Made by a program: the position numbers and the translations under genes. From positions 11,942-75,941 of the IMG/VR virus record IMGVR_UViG_3300008120_000061: a DNA stretch of 64,000 nt; one strand, 5' to 3'. This document shows positions 18,662-28,713 of this stretch, piece after piece. Every line of letters begins with the position of its first letter. The first letter of the stretch is position 1. Source of the DNA: a virus. The notes beneath the pieces were generated by a model. That model saw nothing but the letters and a program-made list of their open reading frames with translations. It was not told the origin of the DNA and did no database searches.

Positions 18662-20397
18662 TGTCTACAAGAGCGTATGACTATATAGTACAACTATCAG
18701 ATACTGCCAACTTTTCAGTTGGAAATATTGTTATAGGTCAGTCCAGCAATACTGTAGGCGAAATTATAGCTATAGAGTCTGCTAATCTTAAGATTAGACT
18801 TAGCAACGTATACTTAGAGTTTATTAACGGTGAAAGGTTAATTAGCAATTCTGCTATATTATACTCTCAGAACACTTTTATAGATCATTCTGCTAGCATT
18901 AATGGAAGTATAAATGTATTTGCTACTCCTACTTCAGTAGATTTAAGCGATACTATAACTGTGTATGTAGACGGTTTAGTAGCTCCTAGAGATAGTTATA
19001 GCAGTAATTCATCAGCAATACAGTTTCTACCGTTAGAAGTTATAGCTAATACTCAAAGTGGATTTACTGATTTTGTTGTATATCCAACAACCGCAGTAAC
19101 ATCGCTATTTGTACAGGTAGTACGCGGCAACATTGAATCTGCACATTTTGTAGCTTCTAATATAGTATCTTATGTAGAAACAGCTAACTCAGTTATAACT
19201 GGTATATTTAATACACCGTATATTGCAGAAAAGAATTCTTTTGAACAAACCCCCCTAGTAAAACTATACTCTATATATTATCCTGGAGAGTGGTATCCTA
19301 AAAATGCTAATGGTAATCCATCTAATTCAGGAGATACCTTTCCTTGGCCTCACGGCTTTCCGTTGCGATATGCAGAAGTAGTGGGCGAGACTTATAGTGA
19401 TTTTAACTATTCAGTTATTTTTGGTGGCAATAGTTATAAAGTTACTGCACTAGAGAGTGGAGACATTAGTACAGACAGTTCTGGTCAAATTAGTGAAATA
19501 TCTTTATCTATTTCTAACTTTGATGGGTACATGGCTAGTTTAGTTGATAATGCTAATGTAGCTGGATTTAATTCTACAAATGCTACAATTGCATATATTA
19601 ACGGTGAAGTAGTACAGAATATAGACCCTAGAACAGTACCGTCTAATGTGCATTATAATTCTTCAGTAGCTGCTTCTAGAGGGGTTAACGCTGCTCACAC
19701 ATATGAAACAACTGCAGCTACAGGTGCTACTTGGATACCGTTTAAAAGTGACTCTAGAGATCTGCTAGGAGCTATAGTAGAAATCAAACTTACTTATGCT
19801 AAGTTTCTAGACTATTGGCCTGAGTATTCTGTAGTAAAATCTGCTAACGTATCAGAAAATAGTATAACAGTATATTCTACGGGGCCCTATAGAGTTGGTG
19901 ATATCATAACTTCTAATGCAAAGATTGGTTTTTCTACAGTTATATCGTCTATTGACGGTAATAAACTATTTTGCACCACAGATGATTTAGTAGACTCTGT
20001 GTCAGGTCATAAGATTTATATAATTAACCATGAAGCAGATAAAAATGCTTATGTAGAACATGCTTTTATTATTAATAGATTAGATGAGTTAGATGAACTA
20101 AAAGCTAATTTTAATATTAGCAATTGGTTACAGTATTTTAAAAACTCAGCTCCTAGAAAAAAGTTTTTTATTACTACATGCCCCTTTAGATATAAAGGAG
20201 AAGACTGTAAGTATCCAGCTAATGGAAGCGGTACTATAGTTGGATCAAATCCGCCATTAACTGCTAACGGATATTTTACTATTAATAATGTGTCTACTGG
20301 TAATTTATCAGAAGATATTTGTGCAAAGACTTTAACAGCTTGTTCACTACGTAAAAACTTAATTAACTTTGGAGGCTTTCCAGGTGCATCCACTTAA
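18661..20397 (+). CDS. Tail tip protein L-like (enlarged)
   Basis: 'LSISNFDG', 'TYAKFLD' and a C-terminal four-Cys motif 'CPFRYKGEDC...DICAKTLTAC...NFGGFPG' as in lambda gpL. Confidence 0.85.
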   Translation: MSTRAYDYIVQLSDTANFSVGNIVIGQSSNTVGEIIAIESANLKIRLSNVYLEFINGERLISNSAILYSQNTFIDHSASINGSINVFATPTSVDLSDTITVYVDGLVAPRDSYSSNSSAIQFLPLEVIANTQSGFTDFVVYPTTAVTSLFVQVVRGNIESAHFVASNIVSYVETANSVITGIFNTPYIAEKNSFEQTPLVKLYSIYYPGEWYPKNANGNPSNSGDTFPWPHGFPLRYAEVVGETYSDFNYSVIFGGNSYKVTALESGDISTDSSGQISEISLSISNFDGYMASLVDNANVAGFNSTNATIAYINGEVVQNIDPRTVPSNVHYNSSVAASRGVNAAHTYETTAATGATWIPFKSDSRDLLGAIVEIKLTYAKFLDYWPEYSVVKSANVSENSITVYSTGPYRVGDIITSNAKIGFSTVISSIDGNKLFCTTDDLVDSVSGHKIYIINHEADKNAYVEHAFIINRLDELDELKANFNISNWLQYFKNSAPRKKFFITTCPFRYKGEDCKYPANGSGTIVGSNPPLTANGYFTINNVSTGNLSEDICAKTLTACSLRKNLINFGGFPGAST

Positions 20398-20758
20398 TTT
20401 TAATAAGCTTGAGTCTGATATGCAATCTCACTCTATTAGAGAATATCCTAAAGAAGCTTGCGGTATTATAACTAAAGGTTTTGAATATATACCTTGTAAG
20501 AATATAAGTAATAGACCTAAAACTAGTTTTGTTATAGATCCACTAGCAATACTACAACATGAAGATGATATATGGGGATTCTACCACTCCCATCCAGGAA
20601 GTACAGATCCAATACCTAGTAAAAGAGATGTTAGTAGTACTGTGTTTTCAGAATATAAATTCTTAGTTGGGTTTGCTAATAACACATACATATACTGGTT
20701 AAATGATAGTTCTGAACTATCCTTTGAGAGATTTAATGAAAGTCACTGTAAAATTTAG
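20369..20758 (+). CDS. Tail assembly protein K-like, JAB/MPN domain only
   Basis: 'EYPKEACG', 'YIPCKN', 'YHSHP....PSKRD'; no NlpC/P60 half. Confidence 0.85.
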   Translation: MEAFQVHPLNFNKLESDMQSHSIREYPKEACGIITKGFEYIPCKNISNRPKTSFVIDPLAILQHEDDIWGFYHSHPGSTDPIPSKRDVSSTVFSEYKFLVGFANNTYIYWLNDSSELSFERFNESHCKI

Positions 20759-21356
20759 TAAAACACTACAAAGCTATACTAACTGCAATGAAATAACTAT
20801 AGATGTTTTTTCTTATAGAGATGTGCTATCTGCTTGTATAAATTTACTTCCTCTATTTAAACAACATATATTCTCAGCTAATTTATACTCTCAGCTAACT
20901 TTAGTTGACGGGGATAAGTATATTAGAAACTTTGAACTAGACTTCAAGCCTAGAACAGACAGCATATATTTAATACCTACTATTTCTGGCGGTGTATCTA
21001 CTGGTTTTGATAGTTTAGGTAATCTAAATGTGTTTTACGGGTCTTCTAGCCCAGTTAGTAATCAAGTTATTGCGTTACGTGGTATTGATAAGCGTATTAG
21101 AGATTCTGTACTATTTGGTAAATCTTCTACTGCTTTTGACATATCTCAACGAAAAGTTAATAGAGAAAATGGTGTGTTAGAAAACTCAGAAGATCCTTCG
21201 AAAGGTTTTGGTTCTTTAGCTACTATGGATGCAGCTGGAAAAGCTATACCGTTACACTTTGGAATGGTTAGAACTTCAGGAGTGCTAATAAATCAGTATA
21301 TTAAGCACATACAAAGAGGTGGAGTAGATACTGTTAGAGTGGCTGATTATATATGA
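20736..21356 (+). CDS. Tail assembly protein I-like
   Basis: Ubiquitin-like N-term ending 'IYLIPTISGG'; C-term 'GKAIPLHFGMVRTSG'; lies between K and J. Confidence 0.75.
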   Translation: MKVTVKFSKTLQSYTNCNEITIDVFSYRDVLSACINLLPLFKQHIFSANLYSQLTLVDGDKYIRNFELDFKPRTDSIYLIPTISGGVSTGFDSLGNLNVFYGSSSPVSNQVIALRGIDKRIRDSVLFGKSSTAFDISQRKVNRENGVLENSEDPSKGFGSLATMDAAGKAIPLHFGMVRTSGVLINQYIKHIQRGGVDTVRVADYI

Positions 21357-23911
21357 ATAAAAAGTATTTTTACTTAAATAACAAACTAGTTCCTTTTATC
21401 GCTGGAGGAGTAGAATCAGTAGGTTCCACTCTTACAGTAGATTTTGATGGTAGTTTTAGCTATAACCCTAATACCTCTAAAAGTACAGATATACTTTATA
21501 TGCAATTAGCTCTGGGTGAAGGTCCTATTTACAGAATTAATCCTAACGGCCCGCAAGATATAGAAATTGACGGTAAGTATATAGATGATCTAGTAGACTT
21601 TGCTACCAACAACACCAGACCAGAAATATTTGCAGCAAGATACGCTACTGGTACAGCTACACAAACAGCTATGCCTTCTTTTTCAGAAGATATTGTAACT
21701 CCTGTTAGATTTGTAAGTCCAGTAATATTAAAAAGCGGTATATCAACCTTTGCTGGTACTTCAGCACCGCCTTCTACCAATATACTATTTTATCCTTCTA
21801 ATTCATCTGAAGGACTAACCCCAATAGACTCTATTAAGGTAAAATTTAATGTACTAGGTCTAAGAACTGAATTCAATGGTGGTAATGAGCCAGCTCAACT
21901 ATCAGTCGTAGGGTTAATTCATGATTTTGCAGAAACCTCAAACTTAAATAATTATATAGTCGGCAGTGGTTTGTTAATAAATAGTATTGTTAATGATAGT
22001 ATGGCTGCTGAGTTAGAACTTAAAATACCAGAAAATAAACGTTCTAACGATGGTTACAATATATCTATTCTTAAGCTATCAGAAGATATAGCAGAAACAG
22101 GGTATGTATCTGAAGTTGAAGTTATAGGTTTTGACGAGATAAGAAAGCAAATTCACTCATACCCAAAAACTGCTATAGCAGGATACGCAGTTAAATCTTC
22201 AGACTTTAGAACAGAATCTCTTCCTATTTATACTAGCTTAGTTAAAGGTATGATTGTAGATGTACCCTCTAATTATAATCAACCTATTTTAGCTAGTGGA
22301 GAAGTAGACTGGAGACAAATTGAAGTTCCTAGCACAGGGGCATTTAGTGCTGCAGTGTCAGGATACAGATTACAAAAAACTGGATCTCAGTTGTTAACAT
22401 CACCAGATATTAATATTTATGATGGTATATGGGATGGAACTTATAAAAAAGACTGGACTGAAAATAGAGTATGGATAATTAGACACCTACTAGTTAATAT
22501 ACTAGGAGTCCCAGAATCTTCTATAGATAAGTATAATTTTTATAACGCAGCACAATATGTAGATGCTGTAGACTCTCATACAGGTAATTTTGTAGGCGTA
22601 ACTGGCTTTTCTGATGGATCTTTTAGATATAAACCTAATGGGTATCAAACTGAAATAGAGAATGCGCTATTAGGTCTTCCAGAAGGTACTGAAATTAAAG
22701 AAAGACGTTTTGTATGCGGATTATCTATTACAGACGAAACACCTGTTATAGATATTATAACTTCTTTAGCAGCCAGTATGAGAGCTGTATTTAGTAACAC
22801 AGGTAATAAGATTAGACTTATTGTAGATAAAGCAAATTCTCTACCAGTAGCTTTATTTAATGAGACTAATATTGAAGCTGGTTCGTTAAAAATATCTGGG
22901 GTTAGATCAGAAGACGTGCCTACAGGGGTTGAAGTATCTTATATAGACTTTTTAAATCATTTTGAGAAGGAAACTGTAGTTCTTGATAGCTCTGAAGTTT
23001 CTGAATTTGAAGAGACTAATAGAATATCTATAGATGTATCTGGTTGCACTAGAAAAAGTGAAGCCTTAAGATTTGCTCAATACGCATTAGATTCTGCTAG
23101 AAAGCTTAAAAGAAAAATGCAGTTTACTGCTTTTGCTGATGCGTCTGATTTAGAAGTTGGAGATATTATTGCTGTATCTCATACTATTTCTGGAGTATCT
23201 TACGGGTATGGCGGTTTAGTTTTAGCTAACTCAGCTGTAGCTTCTTCTAATGCTTATCTAGAGCATATTACAAGCCCTGCCATATCTGATAGTGTATTTA
23301 CTGCAAACACTAATCCTATAGTGCTTAAAATATTTAAACAAGTTAGCAATAACTTAGATTATTATATTGTAAATAATAGTTCTTATAACTTAGTGGAAAC
23401 AGGTAATACTTCATCTGGAATAGACTTAATAGATGTTAATATAGTTAGTAAACTTAATATGTTAACTAAAACTTTTGAGGCTAATACTGCTTTTTCAACT
23501 ATAACAGCTCCTACTAGGGGCGATCTATGGGCACTGGGAGAAATAGACCCATCTAATATTTATAATGATAGTAGCTTTAAATTATTCAGAGTAGAATCTA
23601 TAAGTATAAGTAATGATGGCAAGACTTCTTTAGTTGTAACAGAATATAACTCTTCTGTAATAGCTGACTCAGATTTAGCAGCTAAGAATGTAATAACTCA
23701 AAGAAGAAGTAATTTAAACTACGTTACTCCGCCACCACCACTACTTTCTTTAAGGTCTATACCCTCAAAAACTAATGAGGGTGTAATAAATTACAACTTA
23801 CTTCTCAATGCATTAGTAAACACTACTAATTATAATGTTCCAACAACGACTGTAGTAAGTTATGGTACTATAGCTGTGGTCATAGAAATTGGCTCTTTTC
23901 AGATTATATAG
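21353..23911 (+). CDS. Tip attachment protein J-like, N-terminal hub part
   Basis: 'ALGEGPI', 'SYPKTA', 'VPSNY', 'YDGIWDGTYKKDWTEN', 'GCTRKSEALR', 'LEVGDIIAV'. Confidence 0.85.
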   Translation: MNKKYFYLNNKLVPFIAGGVESVGSTLTVDFDGSFSYNPNTSKSTDILYMQLALGEGPIYRINPNGPQDIEIDGKYIDDLVDFATNNTRPEIFAARYATGTATQTAMPSFSEDIVTPVRFVSPVILKSGISTFAGTSAPPSTNILFYPSNSSEGLTPIDSIKVKFNVLGLRTEFNGGNEPAQLSVVGLIHDFAETSNLNNYIVGSGLLINSIVNDSMAAELELKIPENKRSNDGYNISILKLSEDIAETGYVSEVEVIGFDEIRKQIHSYPKTAIAGYAVKSSDFRTESLPIYTSLVKGMIVDVPSNYNQPILASGEVDWRQIEVPSTGAFSAAVSGYRLQKTGSQLLTSPDINIYDGIWDGTYKKDWTENRVWIIRHLLVNILGVPESSIDKYNFYNAAQYVDAVDSHTGNFVGVTGFSDGSFRYKPNGYQTEIENALLGLPEGTEIKERRFVCGLSITDETPVIDIITSLAASMRAVFSNTGNKIRLIVDKANSLPVALFNETNIEAGSLKISGVRSEDVPTGVEVSYIDFLNHFEKETVVLDSSEVSEFEETNRISIDVSGCTRKSEALRFAQYALDSARKLKRKMQFTAFADASDLEVGDIIAVSHTISGVSYGYGGLVLANSAVASSNAYLEHITSPAISDSVFTANTNPIVLKIFKQVSNNLDYYIVNNSSYNLVETGNTSSGIDLIDVNIVSKLNMLTKTFEANTAFSTITAPTRGDLWALGEIDPSNIYNDSSFKLFRVESISISNDGKTSLVVTEYNSSVIADSDLAAKNVITQRRSNLNYVTPPPPLLSLRSIPSKTNEGVINYNLLLNALVNTTNYNVPTTTVVSYGTIAVVIEIGSFQII

Positions 23912-23921
23912 GAGTATAAAT

Positions 23922-26900
23922 ATGGCTATATATAAAATTAACACAAGCAATACTAGTTTTTTAACTACAGGAGAGGAACTTGTTTACGCAGGTAAAAATG
24001 GGTTTACTACAACTTTAGGGGCTATTCCAGTTCTGTGCAATTCTTATACGGCTAATGCTTCTAGTATTGTTCTTAGTGTACCTAATATACATCTACTTCA
24101 AGATGATAACTATGCTACTCATATTTTAGCGGTTCCAGCTTTAGAGGGTATAGCCACTACATACATTAAAGCTCCTATACTACAGTATGCTGTCAGCACA
24201 ATTCAAGAAGGTTCTGTAGGATTTACAAATCAAGACTCTACTATAAGTTTAGATATTAAAAACTATAATATAACTGCAAATACTATAACAGTTTCTAACA
24301 AGCCTTATGGGGAATCTTCCCTTGTTAGTACAATATTACCTACACCTCCTTTTTATATTACTGCTTATCAAACTCTTACTACTAATAATTTTTCAAATAG
24401 AACAGCTTATATATCTGGATCTACTAGGCCAATTAAAAGAACAAATAATGTAGAAGGGGTAACAGGTACATATTCTGCCAATCTAGGAATAACTCCTAGA
24501 AGTAGAAATACTATTAAAGTTTATTTAGATGATAATCAAACTGATAACTTCAATCTTGTAAATGATAACGTAAGTATATCACTCGATGGTACTACTAGTG
24601 AAATAAAAACTGTAGTAGAGCTATACACTGTACCAGCTATAGAATTAAAGGATTTAGTATCTCTAACTGTTTTTAATAACTTATATTCAGTTACTAATAC
24701 TAGCTATATTAGTAATGATGCGTTATACAATGCCAACTTAACTAATAACAACTTTTATAAAATTAAATTTAATAGAGAATTTTCAGCTAACGTAGGTGGG
24801 CTATATCTATTAAATGTGAGCCCTGATTTAACAGGTACTGTAGGTAATTTAACTTCTAACTCTTTTACTGTAGACTCTTCTTCCGCTTATCCTTACTCTT
24901 ATAGTTTATCCAATAATAATATTTACTATCTATATCAGAAAAGCAAAGTTAGATATACTACTGCAAGACTTGATGAATTTGGTAGATTACAGGGCACACA
25001 ACCAGCTACATATATAGTAGAAGCTACTAATATAAATAGATATAACAGATCTAGCAATTCTATAAGAAAAGTTATAGAGGTAGAACCACTAAACGCTTCC
25101 AAAATAGGTAATATAACCATAACAGAATCTATTGTTATAGATACTTCTGGCGGTGCGTCTATTAATATAACTGCAACATTCCCAACAATACTTGGGAGAG
25201 ATATAACATCTTATGAGATTAAATATAGAGTTACTTCAGCAGAGGGTGAGGTACTTCCTGGCGGTATAGCTTCTATACCTCACGACGAATCTATTACTAA
25301 TATTTCTTATACTATAAATGGACTTCCTAGAGGCAGAACAGCTGGTGGTAACACTGTAGAAATAACTATAACTCCAATGATTGGATTGTTTAGAGGATTT
25401 CCTAAAAGAGTAACTCATTTTATTATAGGTAAACAAGGCAGACCTTCTGGAGTTCAAAATCTAAATGTAGCCCAACAAGGACTTTTCTTACTATTCTCTT
25501 GGCAGTTCCAGTTAACTACAGAAGGGTACATTCTAGATCTAGATACCAAAGAAGTTGAAATTAGGCAATATCCAGGTTTAGTAGATGTAACTTCTACACA
25601 GTCTATAGCCGCAGCGTGGGGTTTTTCTATTGTGGTAGCTAGAGTAGCTTTCCCTAATACTTCTTATACCCTACCTATTAGTAGCTTTGGACCTTATACT
25701 TATCTACTTAGAGTTAGAGATACTAGCGATATAGAAAGTATTGATATTGGAGCTTCAGCTCTTAGCACTGTTAGACCTTCTACTGTTAGAGTTATCAAAT
25801 CTTACAATGAAGCAGATCCTTCTACTTCCTATATCACCCAAGATAATGTATCATTCCCTACTTCCAATGATTATCCAGAGTTGTCTTTTACTAGTTTTAG
25901 TGAATCAATTAATGGTGGCTTAGTTTTAAGTGATAGTTCAAATACAGATAATGCTAATGGCAGTGCTACAGGATTTTCTCTGTACAGTAATACAAGCTAC
26001 CTAACTACGTCTACTAATGATTTTACAGAATATATAACCCCTATCAGAGATATGGGCGAAGTTGTAAGGGCTACTGTTAGAATAGCTCCTATTATAGCCG
26101 CGTCAACTCCTGGTATTACATATGGAACATTTTTTACCACTGTAGTATCTGGAGTTACTGATTTTCATGGTTCTGCAGGGTTATCACCTAGTGCTAATGT
26201 ATTAGTAGATAACGCTTTTGGAGGCATAGGCTCTATACTAGGATTCAATAATGCTCAAGCAGCGCCTGTAACCTATAGTAGTACTCAAAAAACTCTTGTA
26301 AGTGGCAGTGCTTTGGGAAATGTCTATGCTATACGAAATGTAGGTCAATTTACTGATGATGTGTCTAACGCTAATAGTTTTGCACTAATAGCAGGAGTTA
26401 TTAATGCTAATGCTATAGCATTAGGCGAAGTATACTTTGCCAATGGCAGGCCTTCAGGATCTAATAGTTTTGGTAATGTTACTATAGCAGGTAATTCATA
26501 TGCTTTAATTAACTTATTGCAGTACGGAGATCCAGAAGCTACTGTTACATTCTTAGGCGAAGAAAGAAGCATATTACAAAACGTTTTTGTTAGATATGCA
26601 ACTTCTAACGTATACTATGCTGCCAATGCTAATGGTGTTGTGGGATACCCAGGTCACGGTAATGTAAATGGCAATACTTTTACTGGTGCCGCTAATAATG
26701 TTGAATTTGGTTGGAAAAATTATGTTCCTGGTGCTTCTGATTTTCAATATTTCCAAATAAAACTTCAATTAATTAACTCAGAACCTGAGCAAGCTGAACT
26801 CATACTACAAGATCTAAAATATGAAGTAGATACTGAGCAAAAAACTATTAGACAAAAACTTCAGATTACGTCAGTAGCGGGAGTAGTGTTTGACTATTCT

Positions 26901-27077
26901 TATGCTAATTTTTATGAAATACCTGAAATATCTGCTATAGTAGTTGATTCAGCTATATCACAATTCGCTCAAGTTTATGACGTAACAAAAACAAGTTGCA
27001 ATATTAAAGCTCTAATTTCATCAAATGGAAACTTTAGTGATAATGCTACAATCAGCGTTATGGCTGTAGGAGGATAA
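23922..27077 (+). CDS. Central tail fibre / J C-terminal-like protein with FnIII domains
   Basis: AGGAG SD before ATG 23922; FnIII-like segments ('ITSYEIKYR', 'PSGVQNL..FSW', 'YTYLLRVRDTS'); beta-rich; ends 'VMAVGG'. Confidence 0.7.
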   Translation: MAIYKINTSNTSFLTTGEELVYAGKNGFTTTLGAIPVLCNSYTANASSIVLSVPNIHLLQDDNYATHILAVPALEGIATTYIKAPILQYAVSTIQEGSVGFTNQDSTISLDIKNYNITANTITVSNKPYGESSLVSTILPTPPFYITAYQTLTTNNFSNRTAYISGSTRPIKRTNNVEGVTGTYSANLGITPRSRNTIKVYLDDNQTDNFNLVNDNVSISLDGTTSEIKTVVELYTVPAIELKDLVSLTVFNNLYSVTNTSYISNDALYNANLTNNNFYKIKFNREFSANVGGLYLLNVSPDLTGTVGNLTSNSFTVDSSSAYPYSYSLSNNNIYYLYQKSKVRYTTARLDEFGRLQGTQPATYIVEATNINRYNRSSNSIRKVIEVEPLNASKIGNITITESIVIDTSGGASINITATFPTILGRDITSYEIKYRVTSAEGEVLPGGIASIPHDESITNISYTINGLPRGRTAGGNTVEITITPMIGLFRGFPKRVTHFIIGKQGRPSGVQNLNVAQQGLFLLFSWQFQLTTEGYILDLDTKEVEIRQYPGLVDVTSTQSIAAAWGFSIVVARVAFPNTSYTLPISSFGPYTYLLRVRDTSDIESIDIGASALSTVRPSTVRVIKSYNEADPSTSYITQDNVSFPTSNDYPELSFTSFSESINGGLVLSDSSNTDNANGSATGFSLYSNTSYLTTSTNDFTEYITPIRDMGEVVRATVRIAPIIAASTPGITYGTFFTTVVSGVTDFHGSAGLSPSANVLVDNAFGGIGSILGFNNAQAAPVTYSSTQKTLVSGSALGNVYAIRNVGQFTDDVSNANSFALIAGVINANAIALGEVYFANGRPSGSNSFGNVTIAGNSYALINLLQYGDPEATVTFLGEERSILQNVFVRYATSNVYYAANANGVVGYPGHGNVNGNTFTGAANNVEFGWKNYVPGASDFQYFQIKLQLINSEPEQAELILQDLKYEVDTEQKTIRQKLQITSVAGVVFDYSYANFYEIPEISAIVVDSAISQFAQVYDVTKTSCNIKALISSNGNFSDNATISVMAVGG

Positions 27078-27437
27078 ATGAATAAAATTATATTATACGC
27101 TATAATAGTATCTGCTGCTGTAGGGTACTTTATTTATACTCAAACTCGTATGCAATCACTAGTAAAAACCAATGCTAATTTATCTACAAGTCTAGAGGCT
27201 AGTGAAAGCAATATGAATAATTATAAAGAAGCTATAGACAGACAACAAAAGCTACTAGGCGAAGTAAGCACAGCTAAAGCTGCGGCTGAACAGCAAGCAA
27301 AAGACGCACTAAAAGCTATGGAAGAAAATAATTTAGGATACTTAAGTGAGCAAAAACCTGAATTAATAGAAAAAGCAATAAATAGAGGTACTAAGAATGT
27401 ATTTAAAGAAATTGAAACTATTACTGGCGGTCAGTAG
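27078..27437 (+). CDS. Inner-membrane spanin (Rz-like)
   Basis: Single N-terminal TM helix plus coiled coil; overlaps a lipoprotein gene. Confidence 0.8.
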   Translation: MNKIILYAIIVSAAVGYFIYTQTRMQSLVKTNANLSTSLEASESNMNNYKEAIDRQQKLLGEVSTAKAAAEQQAKDALKAMEENNLGYLSEQKPELIEKAINRGTKNVFKEIETITGGQ

Positions 27438-27732
27438 TACTATACTGTTAGCTGGATGTGTTGGCGGGTCAGAGCCTCCTAAGGTTTTACCAGTACCTGA
27501 CGCTCCACCAATAATAGCACCAGAAAAACCCAGAGCAGTAACTACTAAACCCGTAAGCTTTTTAGTTATAACACAAAATAACTTAGACAAATTAAAAAGT
27601 GAGCCAGTGTGGTATGCTATTACTCCTGGCAGTTATGAAAACTTAGCTTTTAACACCCAAGAAATGCTAAGATTTATTAAGCAGCAAAAAACTATTATAC
27701 AATATTACGAAGGCGCTACTGCACCAAAATAA
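27397..27732 (+). CDS. Outer-membrane spanin lipoprotein (Rz1-like)
   Basis: Lipobox LLAG-C followed by a Pro-rich linker; overlaps the i-spanin 3' end. Confidence 0.8.
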   Translation: MYLKKLKLLLAVSSTILLAGCVGGSEPPKVLPVPDAPPIIAPEKPRAVTTKPVSFLVITQNNLDKLKSEPVWYAITPGSYENLAFNTQEMLRFIKQQKTIIQYYEGATAPK

Positions 27733-27747
27733 TTGTAAAAAATTAAA

Positions 27748-27775
27748 TTGACTTAGATATTCGATATGCTATAAT
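27748..27775 (+). promoter_or_regulatory. Sigma70-type promoter
   Basis: TTGACT-N16-TATAAT with TG extension and upstream TAAAAAATTAAA. Confidence 0.75.
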
Positions 27776-27797
27776 GTATATATAAGGAGTAAATCCG

Positions 27798-27995
27798 ATG
27801 ATTAAAAAGAAAAATCTTATATTTCTGCCTAATACTGGTGACGAGCAATATTACCCTGTTGATAAACAAGGAGTAGATGAAACGTTACTTAAATTATCAA
27901 GCGCAGATCACCCAAATGTCAATTCTCTAGACTACATACCTGTTAGACATGAGAGTAGAGGCATGATACCTATAAAAAATAAACCAAAACGCTAA
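27798..27995 (+). CDS. Hypothetical protein
   Basis: AAGGAG SD, downstream of the promoter. Confidence 0.6.
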   Translation: MIKKKNLIFLPNTGDEQYYPVDKQGVDETLLKLSSADHPNVNSLDYIPVRHESRGMIPIKNKPKR

Positions 27996-28009
27996 TTAGG
28001 AGATAACAT

Positions 28010-28330
28010 ATGGCAAAATTGCAAAATATGGCTGGCGCAGATAATACTATTTCTGGAAACCCATCTGAGTACTACACTCAGGCTTCTGGTGAGGGACTAG
28101 TTAGTCCTATTATCGCTCCAATGCCAACAGCTGGCGGAACACCTGCGATGCGCGGAGTTAAGGTAAACTATCCAAACTCTAATGAAGCCGGAATTCGTGG
28201 TTCTATCAATGATGGAGCAACTGTATCTGGTGGAGTAAAGGGTAAGAAAGTAACTTCAGGAGCTCCTATGAGACACCCTGTAAACGGTACTAATCCAGCA
28301 AAGCCTGTTCAACGCAAAGGCAAAAGATAA
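28010..28330 (+). CDS. Hypothetical Gly/Pro-rich protein with a basic tail
   Basis: AGGAG SD; followed by a terminator. Confidence 0.65.
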   Translation: MAKLQNMAGADNTISGNPSEYYTQASGEGLVSPIIAPMPTAGGTPAMRGVKVNYPNSNEAGIRGSINDGATVSGGVKGKKVTSGAPMRHPVNGTNPAKPVQRKGKR

Positions 28331-28333
28331 AAT

Positions 28334-28361
28334 AAAAACCCCGGAATTTCCGGGGTTTTTT
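28334..28361. terminator. Bidirectional terminator at the convergence of the virion and replication modules
   Basis: AAAAACCCCGGA-ATT-TCCGGGGTTTTT. Confidence 0.9.
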
Positions 28362-28362
28362 A

Positions 28363-28713
28363 TTAGAACTTCTCTCGCTCAGAAAAGAACCAACATTTAT
28401 AGTAGTTTTCTAATTCCGCATAACTACCAAAATACGCTGCTCCTTTAAATATCGAGGGAGATTTTTTAGTTTGATACTGGACGATTAGTCTGCGCTGCCA
28501 TTCAGGATTAAGTATTACCGGTTTAACACTTTCTTTATGTTCTCTTAGTAGCTCTATAGCTTTAGCAGTCCAAGGGCAGTTTTCAATGCCAATAACTGTC
28601 CATACAGCAGTATCATCTACGTTTCTAATTCTTTCTTCTTTTAGTTCCTGTTTAACTACAGGTTTAGCCGTTACATTAGTTGTAGCGGTTTTTGTATTTG
28701 CACTAGTTGTCAT
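28363..28713 (-). CDS. Glutaredoxin-like protein (CPWT)
   Basis: 'NCPWTAKAIELL', 'KSPSIF', 'YFGSYAEL' fit a Grx fold; the second Cys is absent. Confidence 0.6.
   Translation of the reverse strand: MTTSANTKTATTNVTAKPVVKQELKEERIRNVDDTAVWTVIGIENCPWTAKAIELLREHKESVKPVILNPEWQRRLIVQYQTKKSPSIFKGAAYFGSYAELENYYKCWFFSEREKF

Noticed and set aside
23889-23922. J split as a pseudogene, sequencing frameshift or TAG read-through
   Set aside because: The second ORF is in another frame and has its own AGGAG SD and ATG at 23922; both parts are long and intact.
23922-27077. Enrichment of canonical N-X-S/T sequons
   Set aside because: A hand count gave about 24 sequons for about 94 Asn, close to the roughly 20 expected from the high Ser/Thr content.
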